Source: Thermoplasmatales archaeon (GTDB taxonomy: Archaea > Thermoplasmatota > Thermoplasmata > Thermoplasmatales > Thermoplasmataceae). From it: DNA of 64,000 bases. The notes below the pieces were generated by a model that had not been told where the DNA came from, ran no database searches, and saw nothing but the letters and a program-made list of their open reading frames with translations. The translations under genes and the position numbers were made by a program. Shown here in pieces: positions 54,734-64,000 of the stretch. The stretch spans positions 110,451 through 174,450 of the forward strand of contig DAIDBH010000011.1 of NCBI GenBank assembly GCA_027310185.1, in the 5' to 3' direction. Positions within the stretch are counted from its first letter, which is position 1; each line of letters begins with the position of its first letter.

Positions 54734-55699
54734 TTAATTTCTTTTTATAATTTTTTGGAATTCTTCAAGCATCTTGATTGAATATGGCATGTTGGATTTG
54801 GTTAGCTGTTCTACATTTATACCTATGTTAAGGTTAGGAAACATGATATCCTTCTGTTCTGATATTCTTTTAAGAACGCTGAGAGCATTTTTAATTGATT
54901 TTTCATATGCATGCCATACATTTTCATTTTCCAGAATGTAGTCTTTTGTCTCATCCGGTAGATCAACGCCAAGGAAATCAAGTAAATTCAGGTCAGCAAC
55001 ACTCTTTAGTGGTGCAAAACTAAGGATCACCGTTGCAGGACTGACTTCAGCCTTCTTGCATAATTCACTGTATTCCTTCAGGAGATGTGTTATGTGATCG
55101 CTTTCAAATAACATCTGTGTTGTAAAGAAATCCGCCCCGGATATGGTCTTATACAACATCCTCCTTGCCTCCCCGCTTCTCTCAGGCAGACATATGTTCC
55201 CGATTGTAAGATCATCTAATTCCTTAATTTTCATCAAATGTCTTGCAATGAGGTTTGCCTCAGATACATTCGGACCAGTATACCGGTGATGCCTTGTATT
55301 CCCTCCTACAAGAACAATATTCCTTATGCCCTGTGATTCAGTTTCTATTATCCAGTTAGCAAACTCATCATAGGATTCCATATGGGCTACGACCTTGTTG
55401 ATGATCGCTTCTCTTCCTATTCCATCTGCAATACCTTTCGCAAGTTTTCTCGTATATATGCTGTTATACCTGGGCTTTCCCTCGTGATTTTCCTCAACAA
55501 GCTCTGGAACATTAACAGCCGTTAATTTAGGATAATTGGAGAGTGTGTGAGAAATCTCCATGATCCGTGATTCGATATTCTTGACGATCCTGTTGTCATG
55601 TTCTGGGTCTCCAGTCTTGCTATCCCTCAAGGGTACAACAGTGAATATGAGCGGCATACTTTTCAGTGATTTCCTGAAACTCTCCCTGTTCTGAATCAT
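54734..55699 (-). CDS. Methylenetetrahydrofolate reductase-like protein, mycobacterial (Mfr/Rv2172c) type
   Basis: NVPELVEE, IVLVGG, E..RMLYK..GADFFTTQMLF, ILSFAP, FLGV; TIM-barrel MTHFR pattern. Confidence 0.7.
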   Translation of the reverse strand: MIQNRESFRKSLKSMPLIFTVVPLRDSKTGDPEHDNRIVKNIESRIMEISHTLSNYPKLTAVNVPELVEENHEGKPRYNSIYTRKLAKGIADGIGREAIINKVVAHMESYDEFANWIIETESQGIRNIVLVGGNTRHHRYTGPNVSEANLIARHLMKIKELDDLTIGNICLPERSGEARRMLYKTISGADFFTTQMLFESDHITHLLKEYSELCKKAEVSPATVILSFAPLKSVADLNLLDFLGVDLPDETKDYILENENVWHAYEKSIKNALSVLKRISEQKDIMFPNLNIGINVEQLTKSNMPYSIKMLEEFQKIIKRN

Positions 55700-56076
55700 T
55701 GCCCTTGTAACATTAGATTGCTTTTAAGCTTTAGGAATATTCCAATCATGCCTGTAAGTTGTAAAAGAGATTTCAACAACACTGAAAATAAATCAAATTC
55801 CGTTCAATTTTATCTAAGGAAACAGAAGTTATGACATAAAACTAAAGTATCCTGAATCTCAATGGCTGCTTTAACAGCTCTCATGGCAACCATGGAAAGG
55901 ATTCTGCAAGTTTTCTTTCTCGTATCAGTTAATGGACATTCTGTTAAATACACATGTATTCTTCACAGCGATGAATTATTCGAATGTATTTGCTCACCTG
56001 TAATAGATTTGCATATAATTTGCATCTGATCTTGAAAAATTTACTTTAATACACACTACATGCTTGATTGATCTAA

Positions 56077-57108
56077 ATGAATTCAACAAAAATAATAGCG
56101 GTTGTTCTTGGGGTCCTGATGATCGGGTTTGCAGGCGCATTTGCTTATACATACTCAGATCTTGCAGCCCATCCACAGGTAAGTTCCAGCACACAGCAAT
56201 CAGCAGTACTTGGCGATGCCTTCTCCCACTGGGATGACATATCCATAGAAAATTCAACACTGCTCAGCAGCCAGTATGCAACTAATGCCACACTTCAGTG
56301 GATCGGTGGTCCCCTTACAGGTACATATCATAATGTAGGGAATATAACGGCAACATGGAACAAGTTCTTTGGCCTATGGAGTGCGGTTTGGTTTTATACA
56401 GTCAGTCCTCCGGCGGTATCCATCAGCGGTAATTACGCAACGGTAACATCTGAAAACCAGTTTGTCCTCACACCCATAAACGCCGAGAACCAGGCACAGT
56501 ACATTAATGTGAGTTACACGCTGGAATACAGTCTTGGAAAGGTTTCATCATCCTCTAGTACCGGTGTAACTGCCTATACATCAGCTACTGCATCTGCTTC
56601 CGGTGCCATGATCCAGAAGGAAATCTGGAAGATCACCGGTTCAGGATTTGTGACATCCACAGAGAAGAGTTCACAGCAGAATCAGGTCAGCTCACTAGCA
56701 TTCAGCCACTGGAACAACATCGCAATCGAAAACACCACATCAGTCATGCAACAGTATGCATCTAACGCAACACTTCACTGGGCAAGTGGTCCACTGAAGG
56801 GAAATTACGCAGGAATAACATCCATAACCGGCACATGGAACAAGTTCTTTGGTCTGTGGAATGCAGTATGGTTTTACAGTGAGGCACCGCCAGTGATAAG
56901 CATCCATGGCAGCACTGCAACTGTAAATGCAACTGTGCAGTTCATCGTACAGAGCAGTTCAAATCTTTCAAAGTTCATGTACATCAATGTTACATATGGA
57001 ATTGAGTACTACAACATGGGATTCGATTTCCATACTGGAACATTCAACTATGAGATTGTATATGAGAACTTTGATAATACGGCAACAGGTCCCATAAACA
57101 AGGTTTGA
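56077..57108 (+). CDS. Secreted/anchored protein with two tandem NTF2/SnoaL-like domains
   Basis: Internal repeat AFSHW..I.IEN....QYA.NATL.W..GPL.G.Y....IT.TWNKFFGLW.AVWFY present twice. Confidence 0.8.
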   Translation: MNSTKIIAVVLGVLMIGFAGAFAYTYSDLAAHPQVSSSTQQSAVLGDAFSHWDDISIENSTLLSSQYATNATLQWIGGPLTGTYHNVGNITATWNKFFGLWSAVWFYTVSPPAVSISGNYATVTSENQFVLTPINAENQAQYINVSYTLEYSLGKVSSSSSTGVTAYTSATASASGAMIQKEIWKITGSGFVTSTEKSSQQNQVSSLAFSHWNNIAIENTTSVMQQYASNATLHWASGPLKGNYAGITSITGTWNKFFGLWNAVWFYSEAPPVISIHGSTATVNATVQFIVQSSSNLSKFMYINVTYGIEYYNMGFDFHTGTFNYEIVYENFDNTATGPINKV

Positions 57109-57159
57109 AATCTAAAACCTTTTTATTCCTGTTTTCATGTGTTCAAGGTAGTGTAGTAA

Positions 57160-57459
57160 TTGGACAGGGAAACTGAGAGGCTTATATGGTATGTTCTTGG
57201 AGCGACCAGGGGAGGACCAATGAGGATGAGAATACTTAGTAATATAATGGAAAAACCTCAAAATAAGAACAGTCTTGCAAGGACATTGAATGTGAACTAC
57301 CGTACGATTGAACATCACGTGGAAATACTGCTTGAGAATGGCTTCATAATTGAGGAGGGAGAGGGTTATGGCAGGATATACTTTCCTTCAGCAGTTATTG
57401 AGCATGGATTTGGAGAAATAGTTGAAATGTTGAAAAGGAAGGGGATTGGGTATGACTGA
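57160..57459 (+). CDS. ArsR-like winged-helix transcription regulator
   Basis: WYVLGATRGGPMRMRIL...LARTLNVNYRTIEHHV.IL...YG.IYF. Confidence 0.88.
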   Translation: MDRETERLIWYVLGATRGGPMRMRILSNIMEKPQNKNSLARTLNVNYRTIEHHVEILLENGFIIEEGEGYGRIYFPSAVIEHGFGEIVEMLKRKGIGYD

Positions 57460-57739
57460 AATAATGTGGGACCTTAACATAACAGTTCTTTCAGTAGAAC
57501 TGATAATATCAATGATCATAATTTACACGTTTTCCTCTGAGATGAGGAAGAACAATGTAAGAGTATACAGGCCTGTGATAGCTCTTGGGTTGCTTATACT
57601 TGTACAGGAGATGGTTTCCATTTATGTCTACTACGGATTCTCCTTAAAATATGGTCTTGCACTTTCCATCCCACTGTTTATAATCAATCTTTTCAGCATT
57701 GCTGTGCTTGCAATCCTGTACAGGATACTTTCCCCATGA
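57452..57739 (+). CDS. Small 3-TM membrane protein
   Basis: Three hydrophobic helices; ATG overlaps the end of the ArsR gene. Confidence 0.75.
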   Translation: MTEIMWDLNITVLSVELIISMIIIYTFSSEMRKNNVRVYRPVIALGLLILVQEMVSIYVYYGFSLKYGLALSIPLFIINLFSIAVLAILYRILSP

Positions 57740-57833
57740 TAGTTTCCCGAAATGGCGTTTTGGTCATATGGGAAATGATATTAAGATTATCTACAGGCAA
57801 CATTAATATATTGAGTGATACTCATTTGATGAA

Positions 57834-58241
57834 ATGACCAGTTATCTTGATGAGGAAGAGTATAACAGATGGATGAAGAATGCACAAACAACTCTTAGAT
57901 CTGCAATAAACGACAAATCATCAAAGTTCTACAACTGGGCATGCTTTAAGGCCCAGCAGGCTGCGGAGTATGCAGTTAAGGCCTATTTGCGTGGGATCGG
58001 TAAAGGTTCTTTCGGTCACTCTATTTCTCTCCTTCTGGTTGATCTACATTTTAGTAAGGAAATTGTAGATTTAGCCAAAAAGATAGATAAATATTACATT
58101 CCAACAAGATATACTGATGTTTGGTCTGAAGGTACTCCAGAAGATTATTATACGCTGGAAGACGCGAGTGATGCAATGGAATGCACTGAAAGAATAATTA
58201 ATGAGGTTGAAGCGAAGTGGAAATCATTGAAGGAAGGATAA
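57834..58241 (+). CDS. HEPN domain protein
   Basis: YNWACFKAQQAAEYAVKA, GHSI..LL, IDKYYIPTRY.D. Confidence 0.92.
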   Translation: MTSYLDEEEYNRWMKNAQTTLRSAINDKSSKFYNWACFKAQQAAEYAVKAYLRGIGKGSFGHSISLLLVDLHFSKEIVDLAKKIDKYYIPTRYTDVWSEGTPEDYYTLEDASDAMECTERIINEVEAKWKSLKEG

Positions 58242-58579
58242 ACAAAAGAGATGATGTGATAAGGGATTCAGGCATGTATGCTAATACCCTTAAGTTCAAT
58301 TGCTCAGTTCTCCTTATAGGTTCATACGCAAGAGGTGACTTCAATCTTTGGAGTGATGTAGATATTCTAATTATCGGTCAGTTCAGGGGAACTATTCTTG
58401 AAAGACTCAAAAACATTGATTTTCCACCAGGTTATGAAACGATCCTGTTAACACCAGAAGAGGTGAACAAGATGAAAGTGAAGAATGACAAATTCATAAT
58501 GGATGCACTTAAGGATGGGGTTGTTTTAAGGGATGATCTTAATCTGTTCCGTAATGTGAAGGAAAGAGCAGTTCGGTAG
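58217..58579 (+). CDS. Minimal nucleotidyltransferase (MNT)
   Basis: GSYARGDF...SDVD; overlaps the HEPN gene. Confidence 0.92.
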   Translation: MEIIEGRINKRDDVIRDSGMYANTLKFNCSVLLIGSYARGDFNLWSDVDILIIGQFRGTILERLKNIDFPPGYETILLTPEEVNKMKVKNDKFIMDALKDGVVLRDDLNLFRNVKERAVR

Positions 58580-58624
58580 GAACAGGCAGTTGAATAATAT
58601 CCATCCTTTTAAAAAATCCTGAAA

Positions 58625-58910
58625 TCAAGTCGAGCCTGAATCGTTAGTGTTCAGCAACCAGTAACAGAGTGGAATATAATTTATATCCCCTTCCTTCCAG
58701 TAGTTCCATGTTATGATCGTTATCTTACGACAGTTCAACTGTTTAGAAACTTTCATGAGAGATTTCCTCTCTACTTCACTTATATCATTATCAGAGCCTG
58801 CAGATTTTTACATTGATAAATTCAATATACATGGAAGCAGAACTGAGGACAAAATCTACTCCCATGCCCTCTGTGTAGCCGTATTCCTTCCATTAATTGA
58901 TCTGGAAGCT
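58625..58910 (-). pseudogene. C-terminal fragment of an AAA_14/DUF4143 ATPase-nuclease
   Basis: Manual translation: FQIN*WKEYGYTEGMGVDFVL..EFINV / AGSDNDISEVERKSLMKVSKQLNCRKITIITWNY..INYIPLCYWLL; internal stop plus frameshift. Confidence 0.75.
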
Positions 58911-59630
58911 GTCGTTCTGACACTGCTTTTATCATGTAATGTCGATCAATCAGGATCTACCATAAAATAGTTGTATCTGAAACACTCTCCATACTAGAGC
59001 ATATGAGGTTCCTGCTTCACCGACAGTGCCTTCTTCATGCGATCCGAAGGTCTTACTCCATCTCCCACCATCCTTTTTAGATGGTTTATCAGACTTAGAT
59101 TTCCCACTGCCCATGGGTATACCCTCCTTATTAATCGTATCTATATTGTCGTTTCGTTTGCAATTCATCTCCTCTCTAAAGATCTGAGATTTCTTGCTCA
59201 AATATCCTGAATCAGGATAATTACATACTAAAACTGCCCTGCGAAAGGATAATATACATTGCAATAAAGTGGAAACGGATTGAAGTTCAGACGCTAAGAC
59301 ATATCAAGCATGAGGGAGATATGCCATTGCCGTGATATCTTGTCAAAAACAACTCACCTGCCTTATTATGTTCATATGGGGTACTATGTTATTGTATATT
59401 GGGTCAGAGGAAATGTTGTAGTATGGAGAATCCAGCAATTATGGGCAAATATAGAAAAGTGATGAATATAGAAAGAGCCAAATATCAGTTGTACAACAAA
59501 AATAAGTGTAAAAAAACATGTATTTCTTCATATGCCCTTAAAGAAATTGTATCAGAGGAGACAAACGAGTTACCCTGAACATCGGTTAAGAAAACTTCTA
59601 ACGATCTTCAAGTATGTTTTAACTACCTAT

Positions 59631-59948
59631 TTATTGAACTTTTTCAGCATTTTCTGTGCTTATAATAACTTCATGGATCGTGAGGTGCGATTTACCGTCA
59701 AACATACCTTCAGGTATGTGCTTGGAATGAGCCTTCTTGAAATCATCAGAATTTACCCAAGCGTGAAAATCATCCATGCTCCTCCAGAAAGTCATGACAA
59801 CATACTCATTGCCCTCATTTGGCCGCAATATGTCATTTCTTATAAAGCCTGGAAAGTTATCAACATCCCTGTTTCTCTTGCTGAATCTCTGTTCAAACTC
59901 CTCCCTGAAATTCACGTTAACCGGAATATGGTTCTGCACTACAATCAT
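59631..59948 (-). CDS. ABM-fold monooxygenase, IsdG/MhuD-like heme-degrading enzyme
   Basis: Asn6, FEQRF..R, PGF, W.S...F.AW..S..F..AH triad pattern. Confidence 0.8.
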   Translation of the reverse strand: MIVVQNHIPVNVNFREEFEQRFSKRNRDVDNFPGFIRNDILRPNEGNEYVVMTFWRSMDDFHAWVNSDDFKKAHSKHIPEGMFDGKSHLTIHEVIISTENAEKVQ

Positions 59949-60053
59949 AGTTGTAAATAATAAAATGCGATATAAAAGTTATTGATTGTCAGGTTCTAAT
60001 TACGTATTATTCCTGAACAGATAAATATTTAATCTATTTCAAAATAGTATTCT

Positions 60054-60983
60054 ATGGACTTTGGCGACATTGATAAGGTACTAGACAGGAGAATGGTTTT
60101 GACAATGAAGCAGGACAATGAAATTTTCCAGGCATCCAGAGATGTCAATGCAAGAATACCCGTAACAATTTCCGATGAGGAAGGAAAGAAATTCCTCTTT
60201 ATCAATTTTCCAGGGTCTTTTGGCGAACCACAGAAGAACAGGATATTCCTGAAGAAGTATGATGCAAAGAACATAGGGACTCATTATGTTATAAAATCGA
60301 GGATAAACCATGTGGATAAGTGGAAATACATCAACGATCTTATAAATGTGCCATCTGTTGTGGTGAACAGAATCAACCTTAAGGATGGGCTGCTGGCATT
60401 TTACTTCAGGTATCATCATTCTGTAAAGAACAGAATTTCAGGCATACTTTCAAAATACACTGACGGTGAGGAAGGCCAGATCGAAAGCATGGGCCCTTCA
60501 CCAGGATTGCTTAACATACTGGACAGGATGCACGAAGTTTTCACACTGGGCATGATCCAGATATCCATACCTGTCAATGACCATAGAAATTTCAATGAAA
60601 AGTTTCTAAAGGAGGGTTATATCAGCGAAAGTTCAAATAATATCCATTCAGGTCACGGACTTAGTGCAATCATATATACAGGATCAGCGGTGGATGATAA
60701 CACGCTTAATGTGATTGATAGTAAAAGCGGTATTTATTCTGTGAATTTTGAAGATCCAATGCTCACAGAATGGAGGAACAGAATGATGGATATACCGGTA
60801 ATAAGGTTCAGGCAGTTCATGAGGATCGTGGATAATGAGCTGAAAGTTATCACAATGCTCCCATATTCCCAGATAGACCAAGCATACAGATCATTCTTCC
60901 AGACCATGGAAAAGACAGGTAATGAAGACATAAGCCTGGATGTTTCGTTGAAGTATAACAGGGAGATCATGTTATCTTTTTAA
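60054..60983 (+). CDS. Conserved hypothetical soluble protein
   Basis: 309-aa ORF with host-like codon usage; no motif recognised. Confidence 0.7.
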   Translation: MDFGDIDKVLDRRMVLTMKQDNEIFQASRDVNARIPVTISDEEGKKFLFINFPGSFGEPQKNRIFLKKYDAKNIGTHYVIKSRINHVDKWKYINDLINVPSVVVNRINLKDGLLAFYFRYHHSVKNRISGILSKYTDGEEGQIESMGPSPGLLNILDRMHEVFTLGMIQISIPVNDHRNFNEKFLKEGYISESSNNIHSGHGLSAIIYTGSAVDDNTLNVIDSKSGIYSVNFEDPMLTEWRNRMMDIPVIRFRQFMRIVDNELKVITMLPYSQIDQAYRSFFQTMEKTGNEDISLDVSLKYNREIMLSF

Positions 60984-61171
60984 ATTCATATAGATTGAGG
61001 ATCAAGGACTTATAAGTCAATAGATTTTAAACTGTAAACTGAAGGAAGATACCGCCTCATGCCCTATTCCTATTCAAAATTTCAAAAATCAGCTGATTCT
61101 CACTATATAGAATGATGAATCAGCGTTGAAGTCAAATTTCATATGCCTCTTTTCGTTGAATTTCAAATATT

Positions 61172-61531
61172 CTACCATAACCTGCTGAGCTTCTTCAGTC
61201 CTTCAATCCAGTCAGATGACAGTATGTCAACATCCTTCATTGCCTCCCTTCCGCTGTCTGTGATCATGTATACCTGCCTTATCCTGTTTCCCTGGCTCAT
61301 TTCCTTCCTCTCTATATATCCCTCATCCTCAAGGGAGCTCAGGGCCGGATAGATTGAACCTGCAGTTGGCCTCCAGAGTCCATCTGTCCTCATGGAAATC
61401 TCCTTCATTATCTCGTAACCGTGCATGGGTTTTCCCTGGAGGATTCTCAATATAAGTGGTTTAAGCATACCAGGAGGGATCAGGCTTATTTTGAATGGGC
61501 CACAACGACACATGCAATTTTTTTCTATCAC
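61172..61531 (-). CDS. PadR-family transcription regulator
   Basis: PMHGYEIMKEI...W.P..GSIYPAL..LE.EG, Y.IT..G. Confidence 0.92.
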   Translation of the reverse strand: MIEKNCMCRCGPFKISLIPPGMLKPLILRILQGKPMHGYEIMKEISMRTDGLWRPTAGSIYPALSSLEDEGYIERKEMSQGNRIRQVYMITDSGREAMKDVDILSSDWIEGLKKLSRLW

Positions 61532-61633
61532 TAAACCTCATCCCCATTGATTTTATTTACTTTTTCTGTCGTAAAATATCTTTATAAAATTTACTAATTT
61601 AAATTAAAAAATATGGAATGAGCTATTTGAAGC

Positions 61634-61825
61634 TCACTCCTTGTCTACTGTTTCCTTTTGTGCTGCGTTTATGCGCTGGAGCTTCTTCTGAAGAACACTA
61701 ATTTTTGCCTCAAGCTGATCCTTATAATCCTCAAGATCTTCAGAATCCATTCTTTCCTGCATGTGTCCTTTCATTCCATGTTTTCCAGACCCGCATCCAC
61801 AACCATGTTTATTCATTTGTTCCAT
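61634..61825 (-). CDS. Small Cys/His/Gly-rich coiled-coil protein (DUF5320-like)
   Basis: HGCGCG..HG..H followed by LEDYKDQLEAKI coiled coil; gaggt RBS. Confidence 0.65.
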   Translation of the reverse strand: MEQMNKHGCGCGSGKHGMKGHMQERMDSEDLEDYKDQLEAKISVLQKKLQRINAAQKETVDKE

Positions 61826-62029
61826 CTTATTTACCTCAATATGTTATTGCTATAGTCTATATATAGGTATCGATATATCAGTTCCATTACATTTGTGCAA
61901 CACTTAGTTAGTCTCAAAGTAGTGCTGTCCATTAATGCTCTTTCCTTTCAGATTCTTATTTTTAAGACATTTATTCTTATGTTATTTCCTGCAGTCCATT
62001 CCTTTAGTACGAGAATATTTATTGCGACT

Positions 62030-62251
62030 CTATTTAGCTCCTTGTTCTATAAACTGTCCGAAATCCTTTAGTCTCGTGGGAACATTCATTATTTCACTCT
62101 TGGCATTCTCAGTAAAATATACACGATGGCAAACTCCACAAACGAGGGCCTCAAAATTTCCGAGATATGATCCGTGATAGTGAAATGGTGCTTCTCTCTT
62201 TTTCATCTGGCATCCACAATTGGGGCATTCATTAATATTTTCAGCAGCCAT
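62030..62251 (-). CDS. YgiT/MqsA-type zinc-finger protein
   Basis: CPNCG...ALVCGVC..VYF. Confidence 0.75.
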   Translation of the reverse strand: MAAENINECPNCGCQMKKREAPFHYHGSYLGNFEALVCGVCHRVYFTENAKSEIMNVPTRLKDFGQFIEQGAK

Positions 62252-62528
62252 ACTTTCTAATCAATGATAAAGTATTAATATATATGCACTGTGAAGGGAT
62301 TCCTATATTGGGAAGGAGCTCTTATTTAGCATCCAGTCTGAAAACTTTTTCCCCTGGATCTTTTTTAGCTGAGCTTATCACTAATATTGCTATCTTTTTT
62401 TAATTCAAATATTCATGGAATCCGTAATGGCATGCAGGAATTCCTGAATACCAAAAGTTTCACATTCATTCCAATATACCTTGATATCTGCAAGTCAATT
62501 CTATATTCCTTCTCGTCTGATCATATGT

Positions 62529-63730
62529 TTAGAGATCATTCACATCCATTATGGTTATTCTGTCTGACGACAGATTAGTCCTGTCCTGAACAAAAAGCAG
62601 ATGTCTCTTTGCATCTATGGCCATAAGTTTTGATTCTATTTCGCTAATATCCTTTATACTGTTTCTCCACTTAACTTCCAAAGCTATTTCGGGATTCTTG
62701 TAATGCAAAAGATACCCGTCAACATCATAGTCGCTATCTTCAATAATAGTTTCCATCAATCCGTATTTAATTGATAGGAATTCCCGGACATTATCTTCAA
62801 CGATCCTTGGAATCATGGCTTTGATTACATCGTCAAGCCTGGCTGTATTGTTAAAATGCTCTGTGAGACCAATCTTTTCCTCCGAATAATAAAGCAACCT
62901 GATCAGGGGAGAATTAATTTTGTATGCGAATCTATTCTTATTATAAATATGGATTTTTTTCAGTATTCCTATCCTGACGAGATTGGTTAGATGAGATTGG
63001 ATAACACTTGGATCATCTTTCTTTAGAAGTTTCCTGGAGAAAAGAAAACTTGAAATCTTTCCTGAGGAAATATTTCCTGTTGATATTGCACTTAGGATGC
63101 CGTTATAAATGGCTGTGATTGTTCTTTCCTCATCATTGAATATTTCTCCAAGCAATGCAGTCACAGTTTGAATTGACCCTATCAGTACATCACGGATAAC
63201 GGTTGAGGAATCTTTGTTTATGTAATCTATGGCCAGTGGTTCCCTTGCAATTATAGCATTTTCAAGTAAATTTTTTTTGTCAAAATTAAGCTTTCTCAGT
63301 TCTCTAAGGGATTCATCAAGACTGATGATATCCACGTTTATCTCATTGAAAAATCCCATTAGGGGGGAATTTGATGAAAGCATATTCCTTGCAAGGAACA
63401 GGGTAGAGGTAATTAATATCAGCTTACCATTTTTCTTAATTGAATGTATGAAGTCCAGAAAATCATCGCCAAGTCTATGAAACTCATCAGCGACCACTGT
63501 TTTATTATTTTCAAGATTGAGTCTCAAAATCTCAAGGAACGTTTCGAAAAGCAATGAGCCGTTATTTTTCTTGTTTAGAATGGTTCTATTCCTGTTGACG
63601 AAAAAATATTCGTCATATTCAATGTTATTTTCACAATAAATGTTTTTCCCGTTTTTCTTCTTCCATAGACAAAAACCCATTTTTTAGAATTCTTAATCCT
63701 GTTTACTAATTCATTTTTTTCTATAATCAT
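62529..63730 (-). pseudogene. Frameshifted archaeal ATPase (ATPase_2 + DUF234-like nuclease domain)
   Basis: Walker A YGRRKTGKT in one frame; Walker B VVADEFH and D.D...EVKW in another; the frames join at an A-run near 63628-63631. Confidence 0.8.
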
Positions 63731-63735
63731 TATAA

Positions 63736-64000
63736 GAGGTTTTCTATTTTCTACCACATTCTGTAAATTTTCTGCATAACTTCCTGATTACCGCTGAAGA
63801 TCAACCTATTTTTGACTGTTTAATCCCTTAATTATCCCTTTTTATCACTATTTCTCCTGAAATTTCTTAAATAATTGATAGCTCACGCTATCCATTAATG
63901 ATCTTCAATGCATGTACATTGTAAGCAAAACATGCAAACATGAACTTCACCCTTACCCTCTTCACTGTTGTAACCATGACATGTGAAAAGTGGAACATTC
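63736..64000 (-). mobile_element. Right end of an IS5-family element (transposase C-terminus 63888..>64000)
   Basis: Minus strand MFHFSHVMVTTVKRVRVKFMFACFAYNVHALKIING*, typical of archaeal IS5 transposase ends; putative terminal IR GAGGTTTCTAT at 63736. Confidence 0.75.

Noticed and set aside
58713-58970. 85-aa plus-strand ORF
   Set aside because: Antisense to the DUF4143 pseudogene fragment
59532-59960. 142-aa plus-strand ORF
   Set aside because: Shadow of the IsdG-like gene on the opposite strand
62290-62525. Possible additional transposase or toxin remnant upstream of the zinc-finger gene
   Set aside because: Short open frames only; no motif I can identify
30820-64000. Integrated provirus/plasmid at tRNA-Arg(GCG)
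   Set aside because: No integrase and no repeat of the tRNA 3' end found by eye

Overview
Archaeal chromosomal DNA, most likely Thermoplasmatales (Cuniculiplasma/G-plasma-like). This is inferred from the class II HMG-CoA reductase, archaeal RibC/RibL, MptA, Pcc1/prefoldin, a thermopsin with 'FTETGLP' repeats, and an archaeal SRP RNA. About 1-30 kb is mostly core: mvaA, gltX/nog1, late cobamide genes, SRP RNA, the riboflavin operon, mptA, tRNA-Arg(UCU), a Dpp/Opp transporter, a CoA-transferase, an ABC exporter and tRNA-Arg(GCG). From 30.8 kb on it is more accessory: rubrerythrin-VIT1, an IS630 relic, MFS pumps, fhs, a surface-glycosylation cluster with an AT-rich core, thermopsin, a mycobacterial-type MTHFR homolog, a tandem NTF2-like/ArsR/membrane module, HEPN-MNT, an IsdG-like enzyme, PadR, two broken ATPases and an IS5 end. 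The most striking unexplained signal is a GC-rich twin hairpin with identical GUCUCG loops and different but paired stems, 16 nt before an EmrB/QacA-type MFS gene (33140-33178). It is a candidate new archaeal cis-regulatory RNA. All calls come from motif recognition only; no database searches were run.
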